Source: Monocercomonoides exilis PA203
Taxonomy: Eukaryota > Protista > Preaxostyla
Reading direction: 5' to 3'
NCBI GenBank assembly: GCA_001643675.2
Contig: LSRY02000026.1
Coordinates: forward strand, 1-64,000
Length of the DNA stretch: 64,000 nt
Positions 52,500 through 64,000 of the stretch are shown here, in pieces; the first letter of the stretch is position 1; the number at the start of each line of letters is the position of its first letter. Below the pieces are notes generated by a model, which had not been told where the DNA came from, ran no database searches, and saw only the letters and a list, made by a program, of their open reading frames with translations. The translations under genes were made by a program, and so were the position numbers.

Positions 52500-55000
52500 C
52501 CGTGGCAGCGCATCAGTCGTCTCTTCTTTCAGAGTTTTCATCTTCTTCGTTTCCTTCTAATGGTGAAGTGCGCCGATCAACTTCTCCATTACGGAGGCGT
52601 GAAGAGAAAAGGAGAAAGGTGTGTGGGACAAGCAACTTGAATACTCTTCATCTTTATCTTCATCATCAGCGCTTGCAATTGATTCTTCGAATGCATGTGC
52701 GGTTGAGGCGTCACACACGTCGGCAGGAGCGATGGATGATATCGAGAGGCGGCTGCGGATTGTGGTACCTGAGGCTGCTGGGGTGTATGGGCTGCACATG
52801 CCGCTGTCGCTGCAGCTGCTGCTGTCGCCGCGGGCGCTGCAGACGCTGCGGGGATATGTTGTAACGCAGCGGGCGGTGCTGTATGTGGATATTATGTGTG
52901 CATACGATGTGTGTATTTCGGTGATACTTTCAGTTCTGCCGGCAGCCCCACTTTTTTCTATTGCGGCGTTAAAGGGAAAGAGGTCATTGAATAAGTGGAT
53001 CTTTTCGGATGCAGATGAGAATGCTTTCCCGTCGATCAACGATCTGTTTAACCCTTCACTGCAGATATTGCTCTCTCCGCAGTTGAAATATTTGGTGATG
53101 GAGCTAGAAGTCGAAGTGATGGAACAAGGGGTTGCAGTGTGTGAAGAAAAAGAGATTGTAAAGAAGGCGCTGGAGGCGGCGGGGCTGAAGATGGAGGATG
53201 TGGTTCTGTGGCCAGCAACGATTGTGCTGGCGGTGCTGGAGGAGCGCGAAGAGGCGGAGGAAGGAGAAAGGAGAGGTAAAGAGGGAGAAGAATATGGAGA
53301 AGAAAAAGGAGAAGAAGACGAAGGGAGAAATGGAGGTGATGGGAATGAGGAAAAAGTCTGGTATCCGACGGCGAACAGATAGTTTGTGGAGAGAACCAAA
53401 GATAACCAGGGGAAGCTGGAAGAAGCGATGGCTCTGCTGATTGTGGAGGCGCTTGGGCTGAGTCGGCTGAGGTTTGTGAAGGCGGGCCCAGAGGCAGAGA
53501 CTGAGGCAGGTGCAGACAAGCAGCATTCTGAGGAATCTGAAGTGAACAGTTCTTCTCCATCCGATGGCATCCAACAGGAGAACAAAAGAGCAGAAGAAGA
53601 AGCAACAGATGGGTCTTTGAACATTTCTTCAGATGTTTGTTCAGATGGAAGTGAAGGAAGTGTGAGGAACAGGTGTAAATATCGATGATGGTTTGAAAAT
53701 CATTGAGGAAAAAGACAAATCCGATGAAGAAGTTAGGGGGAAAAGTCGTTTGATTTTTGAGGAGTGATAAGAAGAAGAGAAGGAAGAGGAGGAAAAAGGA
53801 GGGAAAAGAAGGGAAAATTGAGTGCAGATAGAAGAGCGGAATGTATTGTTTGTTTTATCTGGTCGATGGCTGATGATCTGTGTGTCGATACGAAAGGGGA
53901 GCGCGTGGATAATGAAGCTGTGCATTGCAGATGGGCAGACTTTTGATGTGCTGGGCGAGATGAACATTCCGCTGCCTTAAGCTGTGCAAAGATGCAGGTG
54001 AAATGGTGGAGATACAGCTGAGGAACAAAGCCAAAGAGGAATCTGGTTCTGGGGCCATGCGAGATCCTCGTGTTGAATGGGACAGAGAGTGAAGCAGGGA
54101 TGAAGCAGGTCGGTGTGGAAGACTTGGCGGTTATGTTTTTCGAACTTGTTGAGTGGTTCGAGCACAAAGCAGAGGAGAACGAATATGTGTGTGGTATCTT
54201 TATCTGCCAGGATGAGCTGACCCACCTTGCGAATGTACACACTTTGATGAAGCAACGGCTTCTGTGCTGTTCAGTGACAGCGTCGTTAGATATTGCACAT
54301 GGATGATTCAGTGAAGGTGAAGTCCACAAGGGAGAAGGGAATTGAAGCTTCACAGAAGAGAAGAGAAGGAGCAAAAGCAGGTAATGCGAAGGAGATTCTG
54401 AGCAATTGTTCAGCGACACCATCAGTGCATGCGTTTGAAGGTGTGTTTGATGGGGAACCAGATCCGGAGACGCAGCTGATATGGCTAGGTGAGTGAATGG
54501 AGGCGGTGGTGCAGAAGGCGGGGAGGCGTGTTCATTCAACACGTCAGACAAGAGGCTATGTACAGAAGAGGAGTTTATTCAGAGAAGACAGTCGAATGCT
54601 GTACAAACGATATGGGAATGTGGATGTGATGCTTTGCACGCCATTTCAAACCGACCACGCTTTTTCAGTGATCATTCTGATGGATGCTCCCTTGGTATTG
54701 AAGATTGCAGCAGAGGATGTGCATTACAATTTTGTTTCTTCTTCTTCTTCTTCGTCGTCGTCAATTTCTATTTTTTTTGAGTGTCTATTCCTTCATCTCA
54801 TCCTCCTCTTCATCTCAAATATCTCATTTGTCACATTCCTCTTCTTTTCTCTCTCTCTTTATCAGTCTCAGCGCATACATCTCTGGAAGCACCTGCTTTG
54901 AACAGTATATCAAATGCGTGTGTTCTGACGAGTTGCCCGTCGATGTGCTTGTTTCATTGGCTTTTCAGTTTTTGCGCAGCTCCATCGGCCTCCTCATCTC
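52500..55000 (+). pseudogene. Decayed large gene of unknown family, paralogous in part to 30560-31300
   Basis: ORFs 52621-53382, 53386-53688, 54070-54306 and 54497-54901 separated by stops and frameshifts; GC-rich coding-like composition. Confidence 0.55.
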
Positions 55001-55794
55001 CTGATGCGAAGAAGAAGAGAACTTGTGCGAAGAATGGGACGAAGGTATCGGAGGTGGCACATCGTCAAGAGGAGTGGGGGATTTGAACAGACGAGGAGAC
55101 GAATGGAAGAAGCGCTTGTGCGACGAGGTCTGTGAAGATGGAGTATATGTGACCAGGAGAAGCGATGGGGCATCAACAGCGGAGGAGGAAAGAGGTGCAG
55201 ACATAGCTGATGAAAGAGAAGAGGAGGAAGTGGTGGAGATGATAGCAGACGAAGTGACTGCAGCTGGATAGTTTGATGAGGTAGTTGGGGCTGCAACAGC
55301 TGAAGATTGTTGGAGGCTTCCTGGATGACCCAAATGAGACGGACGAGATGAAGAGCCTGCCTGTGTGAGTGATTGCTGCGACGTGGCTGAGGATGTGCGG
55401 GCGTGGAGAGAGTTCGCGTTCAAAGAGGAAGACAATGATTGAGATTGAGATTGAGGCCGAGACTGACACTGAGATGAAGGCTGAGGCTGTTGGGTAAGTG
55501 CAGGACCAGGCGAGGTGGATGCAGACATCTGCTGGATGCACTGAGAGAAGGAAAGAAGAGAAGAGAAAGAAGAGGAAGCGAGAGATGTAGGAGAAGTCAG
55601 AGAGGCCAAGGAAGAAGAAGCAGAGGAAGATAAAGGTGGAAGGGAAGTAGACTAAGACGAAGAAGAAGAATTAGAATTTGAGGCGGAAAAAGAGGAAGAA
55701 GAAGAAGATGATGATGATGAATGATAAGGAGGAGAAGAAGAATGAGAAAGAGTAAAATGGAAGAGGAAGAAGATAAAGAGAAGAAAGAAAAAGA

Positions 55795-55917
55795 AGAGAA
55801 GAAGGAGAAGAAGGAGAAGAAGGAGAAGAAGGAGAAGAAGGAGAAGAAGGAGAAGAAGGAGAAGAAGGAGAAGAAGGAGAAGAAGGAGAAGAAGGAGAAG
55901 AAGGAGAAGAAGGAGAA
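55795..55917. repeat. (GAAGGAGAA)n 9-nt tandem repeat
   Basis: Direct reading. Confidence 0.9.
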
Positions 55918-56008
55918 TGCAAAGAATTGAAAGTGAAGTGAGGAAAATGAGAAGGGGAATGAGAATGTGTTGAGAGGTTAGCAGACAAGATGGAAGAGAA
56001 GGAAGAAG

Positions 56009-56039
<31 letters not shown>

Positions 56040-56996
56040 GGAAGAAGAAGATGTTGATGACTGTGGTGGTGGCGATAAAGAAAAAAGCGAAATGCTATGT
56101 TGAAATTCTTGAACTTGCAAGCTGGGCGAATGCTGAGGAAAAGAAGGAGGGATGGCCGCGATCCGTTGAGGAGATATATCTGGATGAGATGAGCGTGCAG
56201 CAGGTGCTGATGGATCAATAGGAAGTCGAACCGAAGAAGTGAAAGAAGAAGGAGAAGGATCTGAAGAATGAGAAGGAAAAAGAGAGGCAAAATATGAAAC
56301 ACGGATTGAAGTTGAATGACTAAGGGAAGCAGTGGAGATGAAGCAGGTGGTTGTGCAGGAGTTTGTGAATGATGTGAACAAAGAGTGGGAGGTGAATGAG
56401 GAAGAATGGAGGGCGAGGAAGTTTGTGGAGTGGGAGAAGATGCATGCGGTGCGGATGCATGCGTGTGACGTGGTGATGATGAACATAACAGCTTCGTAGA
56501 TGTCGACAGAGGTGCCGATGCAAGCGACAGGTTCGATCGCGCTGTAAAGTGGCAGCGCAAAAAGGACACAAAGCATTGCACTGGTGTATGATGGTACTCT
56601 TACGTTATTTCGTTCGTTACGCTTCTTGCTGAGAAAAGTGTTTGTTCTATATCAAGTGCATTTGATGATTCGGCATTCGAATTTGTGTTGCAGCGGAGAA
56701 TGATGGCTCATGGTGGGGTGAAAGCAGAATGGAGGGTGCTGGAGGCAGATTGGAGAAACAGGATGAATGTGTCGCAGGATGCGGAGAAGGAAATGCTGCT
56801 TGAGTTTCTGGAGTGGAAGAATCTGCAAAGAACAGATGTGGACTTGTTGATGATTTCATGGTAGTTAAAGGAGAAGAGTGTATCTGAAATTGTGGTTTGA
56901 ATACTGTTGGCTGCATGTGGGATGGTGCGGTGGTGTAAATGCATGAGATCACTATTTTTGAAAGGAAGGCATGTGTGTTGGAGTTTCGCCATCTGA

Positions 56997-57730
56997 TCAA
57001 CGTGCATATTTTTGTGTTTGAAATAGAAGAAGAAGAGGAGAAGGAGGAAGAATAAGAAGAAGAGATGATGATGAAAAGAGAATGAAAATAAAGTGAAGAG
57101 AAAGAGATGATGGAAGAGAGAAGATAATTTTTGATAATTCTGCTTCAACACGTGCTGTTATCATCGCTGAGTTTGATGCTGTATTTGAGTCGGAGACTGC
57201 CCAACCACTTTGATCATCATTTCCTCTGATTTCATGCTTCTGTCCAGCAAAGGTCAATTCATCGCTCATCATAATCATTCCATTTACAATAACTTTCTTT
57301 GTTCCTGCTTGTCTTGTGAGGTAGTGCATCAAGGTCAAACAGTGGAACTGGACGATTCCACAATGTGGGTGGTCAGATTCCTCAGAATTGCTCACATATA
57401 TTTCTGTAGGATTAGGAAGGAGATAGATACACAGAGGAACGGCCACACTGTTGTTTCCATTGTCATATCCTCTAACCTTCTCAATTGAATCCAAGGAGGC
57501 TTTTATACATGAAATGTTTTCTGATTTTGCAGTTTCTTCCAGATTTGGTGAAAGGACAAAGATGTCATTCCCCCACTTGGCTGTATTCGTTCCGAATGTG
57601 GAGGAAATTAGGATATTTGGATATTCATTAGATAATCGAAGAAGAATTCCATCCCCAAGGCTATTGGATGCTGAGCAAAAACATCCATCAAAAGATCCGC
57701 CTTTGACTTTCACTTCATTTCCTTTTCCTG
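56997..57730 (-). pseudogene. Fragment of a large beta-rich surface/adhesin-like protein
   Basis: Motifs SFDGCFC..GDGILL..FGTNTAKWGNDIFV and IYVSN..SDHPHCG..QFHCLTL are typical of repetitive protist surface proteins; no ATG start, in-frame stop just upstream. Confidence 0.55.
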
Positions 57731-58990
57731 CGTATTACATAATCGATATTCTGTTCTCTGAACTTGTGCTTCAATATCCCGATATTGCTCTCTAATTCAA
57801 ATCTTAGTCTATTCTGCCATTGAAAAAACAAATGTTGACTGTCAACTGCGTACTTTTCTATTAAAAACAAGCAGGATTGAATTATTAATAAAAAATAAAA
57901 TATTTTTGTTCAAATTAAATTGAAACCACTAAATTTATCTTATTTACAGATGCATCAAATATGTGTGTTCTATCTTCGCAATTGTGTGAAGTTCAGGCTC
58001 ATAACGCAAAAGAAAAATTCAACTCAAAGGAAAAATTGAATTAACAATGAAAATCAAGTTTGAAAGGAAAAAGAATCGGAACATACCTTGTACATTTCAT
58101 TATTCGGCATTTACAAAGATGTTCAATCAAGTTAAACACTTTTTCATTGAAAAACTGATATGAAAATTTTGATCAAAAATTTTGATACATAATTTTTTGA
58201 AAAAGAATTTTTCTTCTCATAAAGACGTTTGTTATGAGCCAACATACATCACTGTGAAAGTTTAATATTTTCATTTGTATAATGGTAACGGATTGCTTTT
58301 TATTAACTTTCATGGGATAAATTTTTGATCTGCAGCGACTTTTCAAAAATTGCGACACATATGAAAGTTTTATTGCTGACTTTTCCTAACATTATAAATA
58401 ATATTTCATTTTTTCCAAAAAGTGGAATGAAGTTGTTATTAATAAAAAACATATCCAATTAAAAAACCACCATTTTATAAACTGATCTATTCAAATGTCA
58501 GTGATTTCGTTTTTTCTTTGAATTTTTTTCTTCATTTTTTTTGAACGCTAATGAAAGGCTTTCAATTAAATGGAAAAAAATTCGAAATAAAATGTTGTTA
58601 TTTCACTTAAATGCAAGTATTTTGGACTAAATAACAAAATGGGGGAAAATTCGGATTTTCAAGCTTTTTATACACAAGGCATTGAAAAAGTGTTGCACTC
58701 ATTACATTATTTCACTTTCTCAGATTTCAGAATAAATTTGATTTTCATCATTTAAACAAATATTATTGACATAAAAACATTACGTTTTGTGACATCAAAC
58801 GTATTTCAAAAAATAAACCCATTTATTTCATATTTTTTTATCATAGATAATCAATAAAAAGTGTATAATTTTTCAATGAAAATGCCTAAAGTCAAATATT
58901 TTGTTCCAAATGATGGTATTAATATTGTTTTTTATTTTTGAAATCACTCAGTTAATTTGTGTATTCAATAAACACCATTTATATAACATA

Positions 58991-59747
58991 TTTGGAGAAC
59001 TTATTATCCGAAATTGTTGAACTTATTATTCGATTTTGAAAAAACTTATAATTCAAAATTGGCAAATTTCTTATTCGAAATAAATAAAATAGAATATTTT
59101 TTTATAAAAAATTATTGTTGTGAAAAATTGGTGTTTGGCTGAGTACTGAAAAGGAATTAAAACATTATGTTTATCCATTATTAATAAAAAGGATGACAAA
59201 TTGAACCTCGATTTTTTAAATTTGTCAATGAACATGAAATTTTCTGATATCGAAAAAAAAAATCTTCATTATAAGAATCTGACAATTTAAAATGTATTCA
59301 TCTGATAGTTATGAAACATGCATTGTTCAATCATGATTAATCATTTATTTCTAAAAAAAATAAAAGATCAACAAAGAACAAATGAAGAATTCTGAAAGCG
59401 CCTTAGTATATTGATTCAAATGAAAATAATTTCTGTTTTCATCATCTCGCATTGATTCGAATTGTATATTTTGATTGTTGAATGTGAAAACAAACAATAT
59501 GCGGTGAAATTATTCAAAAATTATCCCATTTTCATGAAGACAATTATTTTCTGAAAAATCAGAAAATTTCATGTTAATTGACAAAATATAAAAAACGGGG
59601 TTCAAATTTTCATATTTTTAACAAATTTTCAATAATATTGTAATTTTAATCACATTCCCACACTCAATCAAAAACAAATTTATCACTCAAAAAATTTTTT
59701 TAAAATGCTCAATTTTATTCATTTTGAACAATAAGTTTTCCAAATTT
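58991..59747. mobile_element. Degenerate foldback/MITE-like element with ~250-bp imperfect inverted arms and four ~22-nt tandem units at the left end
   Basis: ttgaacc.cg.tttttta..tttgtcaat.aacatgaaattttctgat (~59200-59250) is inverted at ~59557-59606; ~59057-59160 is inverted at ~59640-59747. Confidence 0.7.
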
Positions 59748-60098
59748 GTATAATTAATGGAGTGACTTTCATTTGCAGTATCTTTTCAATTTTGTGAGAA
59801 AAATAATGACAAGTTAATGTTATTTATTATTTTGAATGTTCAGAATTCTTGAAAGGATTATTGTTTGAAGATTTGAAACGACAAATGGAAATCATTTTTT
59901 TTCAACAAAATCATTAATTTTTTATATAGTTAAAGGATTAAAAGAACATTTATATTACAGAAAAATCAAAAACAATTTTTTTTCAAAAAGTTTTGAATGT
60001 GATGATCTTTCACAATGGAAACATTTCTTATGTTCGAGACAAATTAATCTTGGAAATATGGGCATGTTTCTATTATTTCAATAATTACAAAAACTTTT

Positions 60099-60350
60099 GG
60101 CAAATGGAGAAGATCCTGGAACCGCATGATCATCACCCTTAATTATTTAAATTTTGTAAAATTTTCATATTGTGCTAATTAGGTTTTAGGGTTTTGACGA
60201 ATTAAACAAGTTCATATTGGATTTTGTGATGGTTTAGGGTTTTACCGAGCAAAATAAGGGTTAGGGTTAACCCTAGAAGAGATATTAAAAATGAAAATGA
60301 TATTAAAAGTGGGTAGGATCACCATGGTACCAGGATCTACTCCACTTGCC
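60099..60350. mobile_element. 252-bp MITE with GGCAA-starting TIRs, 8-bp TSD (AAACTTTT) and internal TTAGGG-like repeats
   Basis: Left GGCAAATGGAGAAGATCCTGGAACC versus right (rc) GGCAAGTGGAGTAGATCCTGGTACC; aaactttt at 60091-60098 and 60351-60358. Confidence 0.88.
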
Positions 60351-60384
60351 AAACTTTTCAAAACCTTTAAATTTAAATGTCAAA

Positions 60385-63300
60385 TAGGGTGATTTATAAA
60401 CCCGAACATTTTTATAAACCCGGTTATTTTTTTGTTCATTGAAACAGAATGAATACAACATAAAAATATAAAAAGCAAACTTTTACATGTTTATTTTACT
60501 ATTTTATGACAGAACTAAATTTTTTTTGTTTCAATTTTTGTTTTTGACGAAGATCAAAGGAATTTTTAATTTATTTTTGATCATTTGTTTTGCTCGTTTT
60601 GAATCAACTCTCATTTTTTGTTTGTTTTTAGTTACAAGGTCATAAAACATACATAATGAAGTTTTATTATTTGAAATGTTTTATGTTTTTATCTATTTTT
60701 TCTATTGTTTTTCTCATTTCATAATTTTTGACAAAAAATATAAAAATTTGAATATTATGAGCAACACAATATTTTTTATATTTTTTTAGTGATGTGCATG
60801 AAAAGAAAAAGATTTGAATAAAGTATTAACCGTGTTAAAATATTGTGAAATGTTGTTGCTCAAGAAGCACACATCAATTTTTGAAAATGATAAATATGCT
60901 TATTTCACATTATATTAAATTTAAAATGACTGATTATTAAGAATACCAATGCTTTTTTTATCTTTTTCAGATGACATTGTATGAATAATTCTTTATATGG
61001 CAAAAATTTTTTGAAAAGTTCCATTTGTTTAATTTTCAAATAAACCAAAAATTTCATGTATCTATCAATTTTCGATTTCCACTCACGAAACTTAACAATA
61101 ATGGAAATATTAACATTGTTTGGGTTCTGTTTGCATTTCAAAAAAGTTTCGAAAGTGTGAACAGAATTATCCATTGCGACGCGACTTAAAAAAATTCATC
61201 AAGTCTGTCAGTTAAAAATATTGTCGAACAACAGGTTCGATTCCTGAGAAGAACACTTTTTTATTCAATTCAATTTTTTTTCAAACAAAAGTTTTGAACA
61301 GATTTATTTCGATGAACTTTCTTAAAATACTCAATGAAACAATTTAAATGTGAATTATAATGGCATCGATCATTTAAAATATGATCGATTGTATCAGACA
61401 TCGACACGCGTTTTGAACTATATGTTATCGTATGGCAAAGTTCAGAACCTTTCTTGAAATCAATTGGTGAATATTTTCCAATCCTTTTCTGCATTTTGGA
61501 TGTTTCTGCATTTGAGTTAACATAATTGGATATTTTTCGTCTGAACAATGAAGTGTTTAATAGTTTGTGTTTTTATTATGTTGAAATTGTATAGAAGATT
61601 CGTTATTCAATCGGTATTTTTCATTTTTCATTCAATGTGATATCAATTTGTGTAACTTTATGAAGATTATAATATTATTTCGCCAGATGTTATTAGATGG
61701 ATATTGCGCTAATTGTTGAAACACATTAGAACATTTAAGAAAAATTGCCTTATTTGCATCAAGCCATTCTTTGTGTATTTGAAAACTGTCTTTAATTTGA
61801 ACAAAAAAATTGATGGAAGCTTTTTAAGAAGTGTTGAATTGCCAGATAACAGTGATTGTCAAATATTTTCTAGTATTTTCATTTGTGATTGATTTTTTTT
61901 TTTCAAACAATTCAATTGTTTATTTATTGCTTTTATAGAAAAGCTGAAAAGTATTTTTTTTCTGAAATGATAATCTATTCATAATAATAAAGAAAGACTA
62001 TAAAGCTCATCAAGATCCTTTTAATGATTTTTCTCTTCTTTAGTGAAAATTCTGAAATGCCAAACATTTAATAACATTTTATCATTTTCGTCGAAAAGGA
62101 TAATTCATTTTCATCAAAACAAATTATGACATTTAAAAATATAGTTGATTGAAAGTCATTCAAATATATGCGTTTCTTTTATCACTTCACATATCACAAA
62201 GAATCAAAAACAAGTATTTTATTAACTATTTGTTTATTGGCGATATGAACTCATTGTTTCAAAGGAAAAAAATATTTATCAGATAAGAATGCAAAAATTG
62301 AAAAAAAAATAAACGAACTTTAATGATCAAACAAGGAGTAGTGTATTCAATGTTTCTTCACTTAAAGAATGACGCCGATCTCCAACAATTCTTCTCATTT
62401 TTGAAAAAACCCTCTCACAAGGCGCTTCGCTGCAAGGACTGGCAATTAAAGACATGCAAATGTTTGCGTAAATGGTGTGAATTTTGCTTTGTGAACCAAT
62501 GATTGAGTAATAAGTGAAAGGATTAACCAAAATAGTTTCCTTTTCAGTTGGATATAGTGACTCATAAAATATCTTCTTGTATTCATCAATATGAATTCTC
62601 TTTGCTTTGGAAAATATATTCTCTATGAAAGAATTGAACGAAGATATTATTCTCATACTCCAATTAGATGTTATTGCAGATTCAATATTCGAAGATATTT
62701 CCTTAAGGTCATCTTCAGTTGTCATTTTGTTGCGAGTAACTTGTTCATTTGATCCAATTTCGTAAACATCCAACTCTATTTCCTCATTTGAACTTGATGT
62801 GGGTTCTTCGATATCTTCAATATCCATTCTGGATGAACAATTTTCTTCATTTTCTGTATGCATATCTGAACTTGTCTTATCAGTGTATCTTGTGGAGTGA
62901 CACATTAAATTCTCACTTGAAGTTGGAAAACATTTAAATTCGTCATTTTCTGCTTCCAATTCTGCATCGGTCAATCCAAGCAAATCTTCGAAATCTTCAC
63001 AAATTGAAAAATCATTCGCTTCATCTTTGTTTGAAATATCTTTTGATGCTAATTCAAATATTCGCAATAATTTATCCAATAGCTCATCATTTTTGTTTGT
63101 GATTGAAACTGAGCCTTCTGAAAAATGACTGGAAGTTCCTTCCGTTATGGTGGTTGCAAAGCCGAGTCCTTTTTTGTGTGATAAATGGATTCCTTCTGAG
63201 AAACTTATTGCTGAGTGAAAAGACGTGATTGACAATGGGGTTTCAATGCCTTTGGGATCGGAAACAAATGAATTAAACAATGAAGTTGATGTTTGATTTT

Positions 63301-64000
63301 CATCAATTGAAGTTGGATCAGAGAAATGCGCTTGTGGAAATTGCGATTCTTTACATGCAGATGAATTGTCGGTTGATGAAGATGCTTGTTCCTCTTCATT
63401 ATATTTCAAAGGATCAAAAACTGTTGATGTTGTAAATAAATTGGAATATCTAAAAAATTGAGAACTGTCTTTGGACACATCATCTGAAGGTTCAGTGGTT
63501 GTTTGATTCGACTTTGAACTTGAGACAATTTGATTTTGCTCTGCCTCAATATTGAATTTGAACAAAGCTATTTCTAAATTAAATATCGATGCAAATTCAC
63601 CTTTTCTGAAATTGTTCAAACCATTCGGAGTTAACACATACGCTAATGCTATCATGTCGCCTCTAGGTCCTGACAAAAACGAATTGAATAATTCAATCAA
63701 AAATTCACAAACACAAATAGACCATTGAAGTTCTTTAAAACTTGGTTGATTGAGAATGACAAAATACCTTCCCAAAGCTTTCAGTAGTTCTGGAAATGCT
63801 CCTCCAAGTTTTGAAGTTTCATTCTCAAAAAAGAAATGCAATTGCTGCAATGGAAGAAGCAAAATTTCTGTTCTAATAATATCTGAGACTGTGTTTGAAT
63901 CAAGAAGTTCAGCTTGTAATATCATCTTTTTGTTGACTCTGATGAAACGACAAATTTGATATAAACAAAGCCATCTTGTTGCAACGTACGTCGGACATTT
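60385..64000 (-). mobile_element. hAT-superfamily DNA transposon (partial); putative terminus TAGGGTGAT at 60385
   Basis: hAT transposase ORF plus a TAGGGTG-type end followed by repeated tttataaacccg motifs; the other end lies outside the window, so this boundary is inferred. Confidence 0.6.
62327..64000 (-). CDS. hAT transposase, C-terminal part; frame open to the window edge
   Basis: The frame extends upstream of 63925 as KCPTYVATRWLCL (hAT TRW motif). C-terminal dimerisation domain SPCSEAPCERVFSKMRRIVGDRRHSLSEETL includes the catalytic Glu. Confidence 0.9.
   Translation of the reverse strand, partial: KCPTYVATRWLCLYQICRFIRVNKKMILQAELLDSNTVSDIIRTEILLLPLQQLHFFFENETSKLGGAFPELLKALGRYFVILNQPSFKELQWSICVCEFLIELFNSFLSGPRGDMIALAYVLTPNGLNNFRKGEFASIFNLEIALFKFNIEAEQNQIVSSSKSNQTTTEPSDDVSKDSSQFFRYSNLFTTSTVFDPLKYNEEEQASSSTDNSSACKESQFPQAHFSDPTSIDENQTSTSLFNSFVSDPKGIETPLSITSFHSAISFSEGIHLSHKKGLGFATTITEGTSSHFSEGSVSITNKNDELLDKLLRIFELASKDISNKDEANDFSICEDFEDLLGLTDAELEAENDEFKCFPTSSENLMCHSTRYTDKTSSDMHTENEENCSSRMDIEDIEEPTSSSNEEIELDVYEIGSNEQVTRNKMTTEDDLKEISSNIESAITSNWSMRIISSFNSFIENIFSKAKRIHIDEYKKIFYESLYPTEKETILVNPFTYYSIIGSQSKIHTIYANICMSLIASPCSEAPCERVFSKMRRIVGDRRHSLSEETLNTLLLV

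Noticed and set aside
54965-56581. Ser/Pro- and Leu-rich minus-strand ORFs
   Set aside because: Low-complexity purine-rich DNA; no domain recognised and coding strand ambiguous
58991-59080. ~22-nt repeats as a CRISPR array
   Set aside because: Units are contiguous and degenerate with no spacers; eukaryotic context and no cas genes

Overview
Eukaryotic chromosome end (AT-rich intergenic DNA, short GT-AG introns, standard code). The gene-family style suggests a metamonad/oxymonad such as Monocercomonoides, which is an inference. The window opens with ~3.7 kb of (CCCTAA)n telomere joined directly to the middle of a tyrosine-recombinase (YR) gene with a C-terminal Myb-like domain. Next come a duplicated module ending in interstitial telomere tracts and a second, apparently intact, convergent YR-Myb gene with an AT-hook and a predicted intron. 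Together these suggest a telomere-associated, Crypton-like YR element family. Further in are a ~4.2 kb element with 577-bp near-perfect inverted repeats that carries only a ubiquitin-specific protease (C19) gene, several decayed genes, a type I surface protein, a lineage-expanded helical protein, RPS14 (5 exons) and MOT1/BTAF1. The far end holds a foldback element, a 252-bp MITE with an 8-bp TSD and internal TTAGGG repeats, and a hAT transposase running off the window edge. All calls come from reading the sequence; no searches were run.
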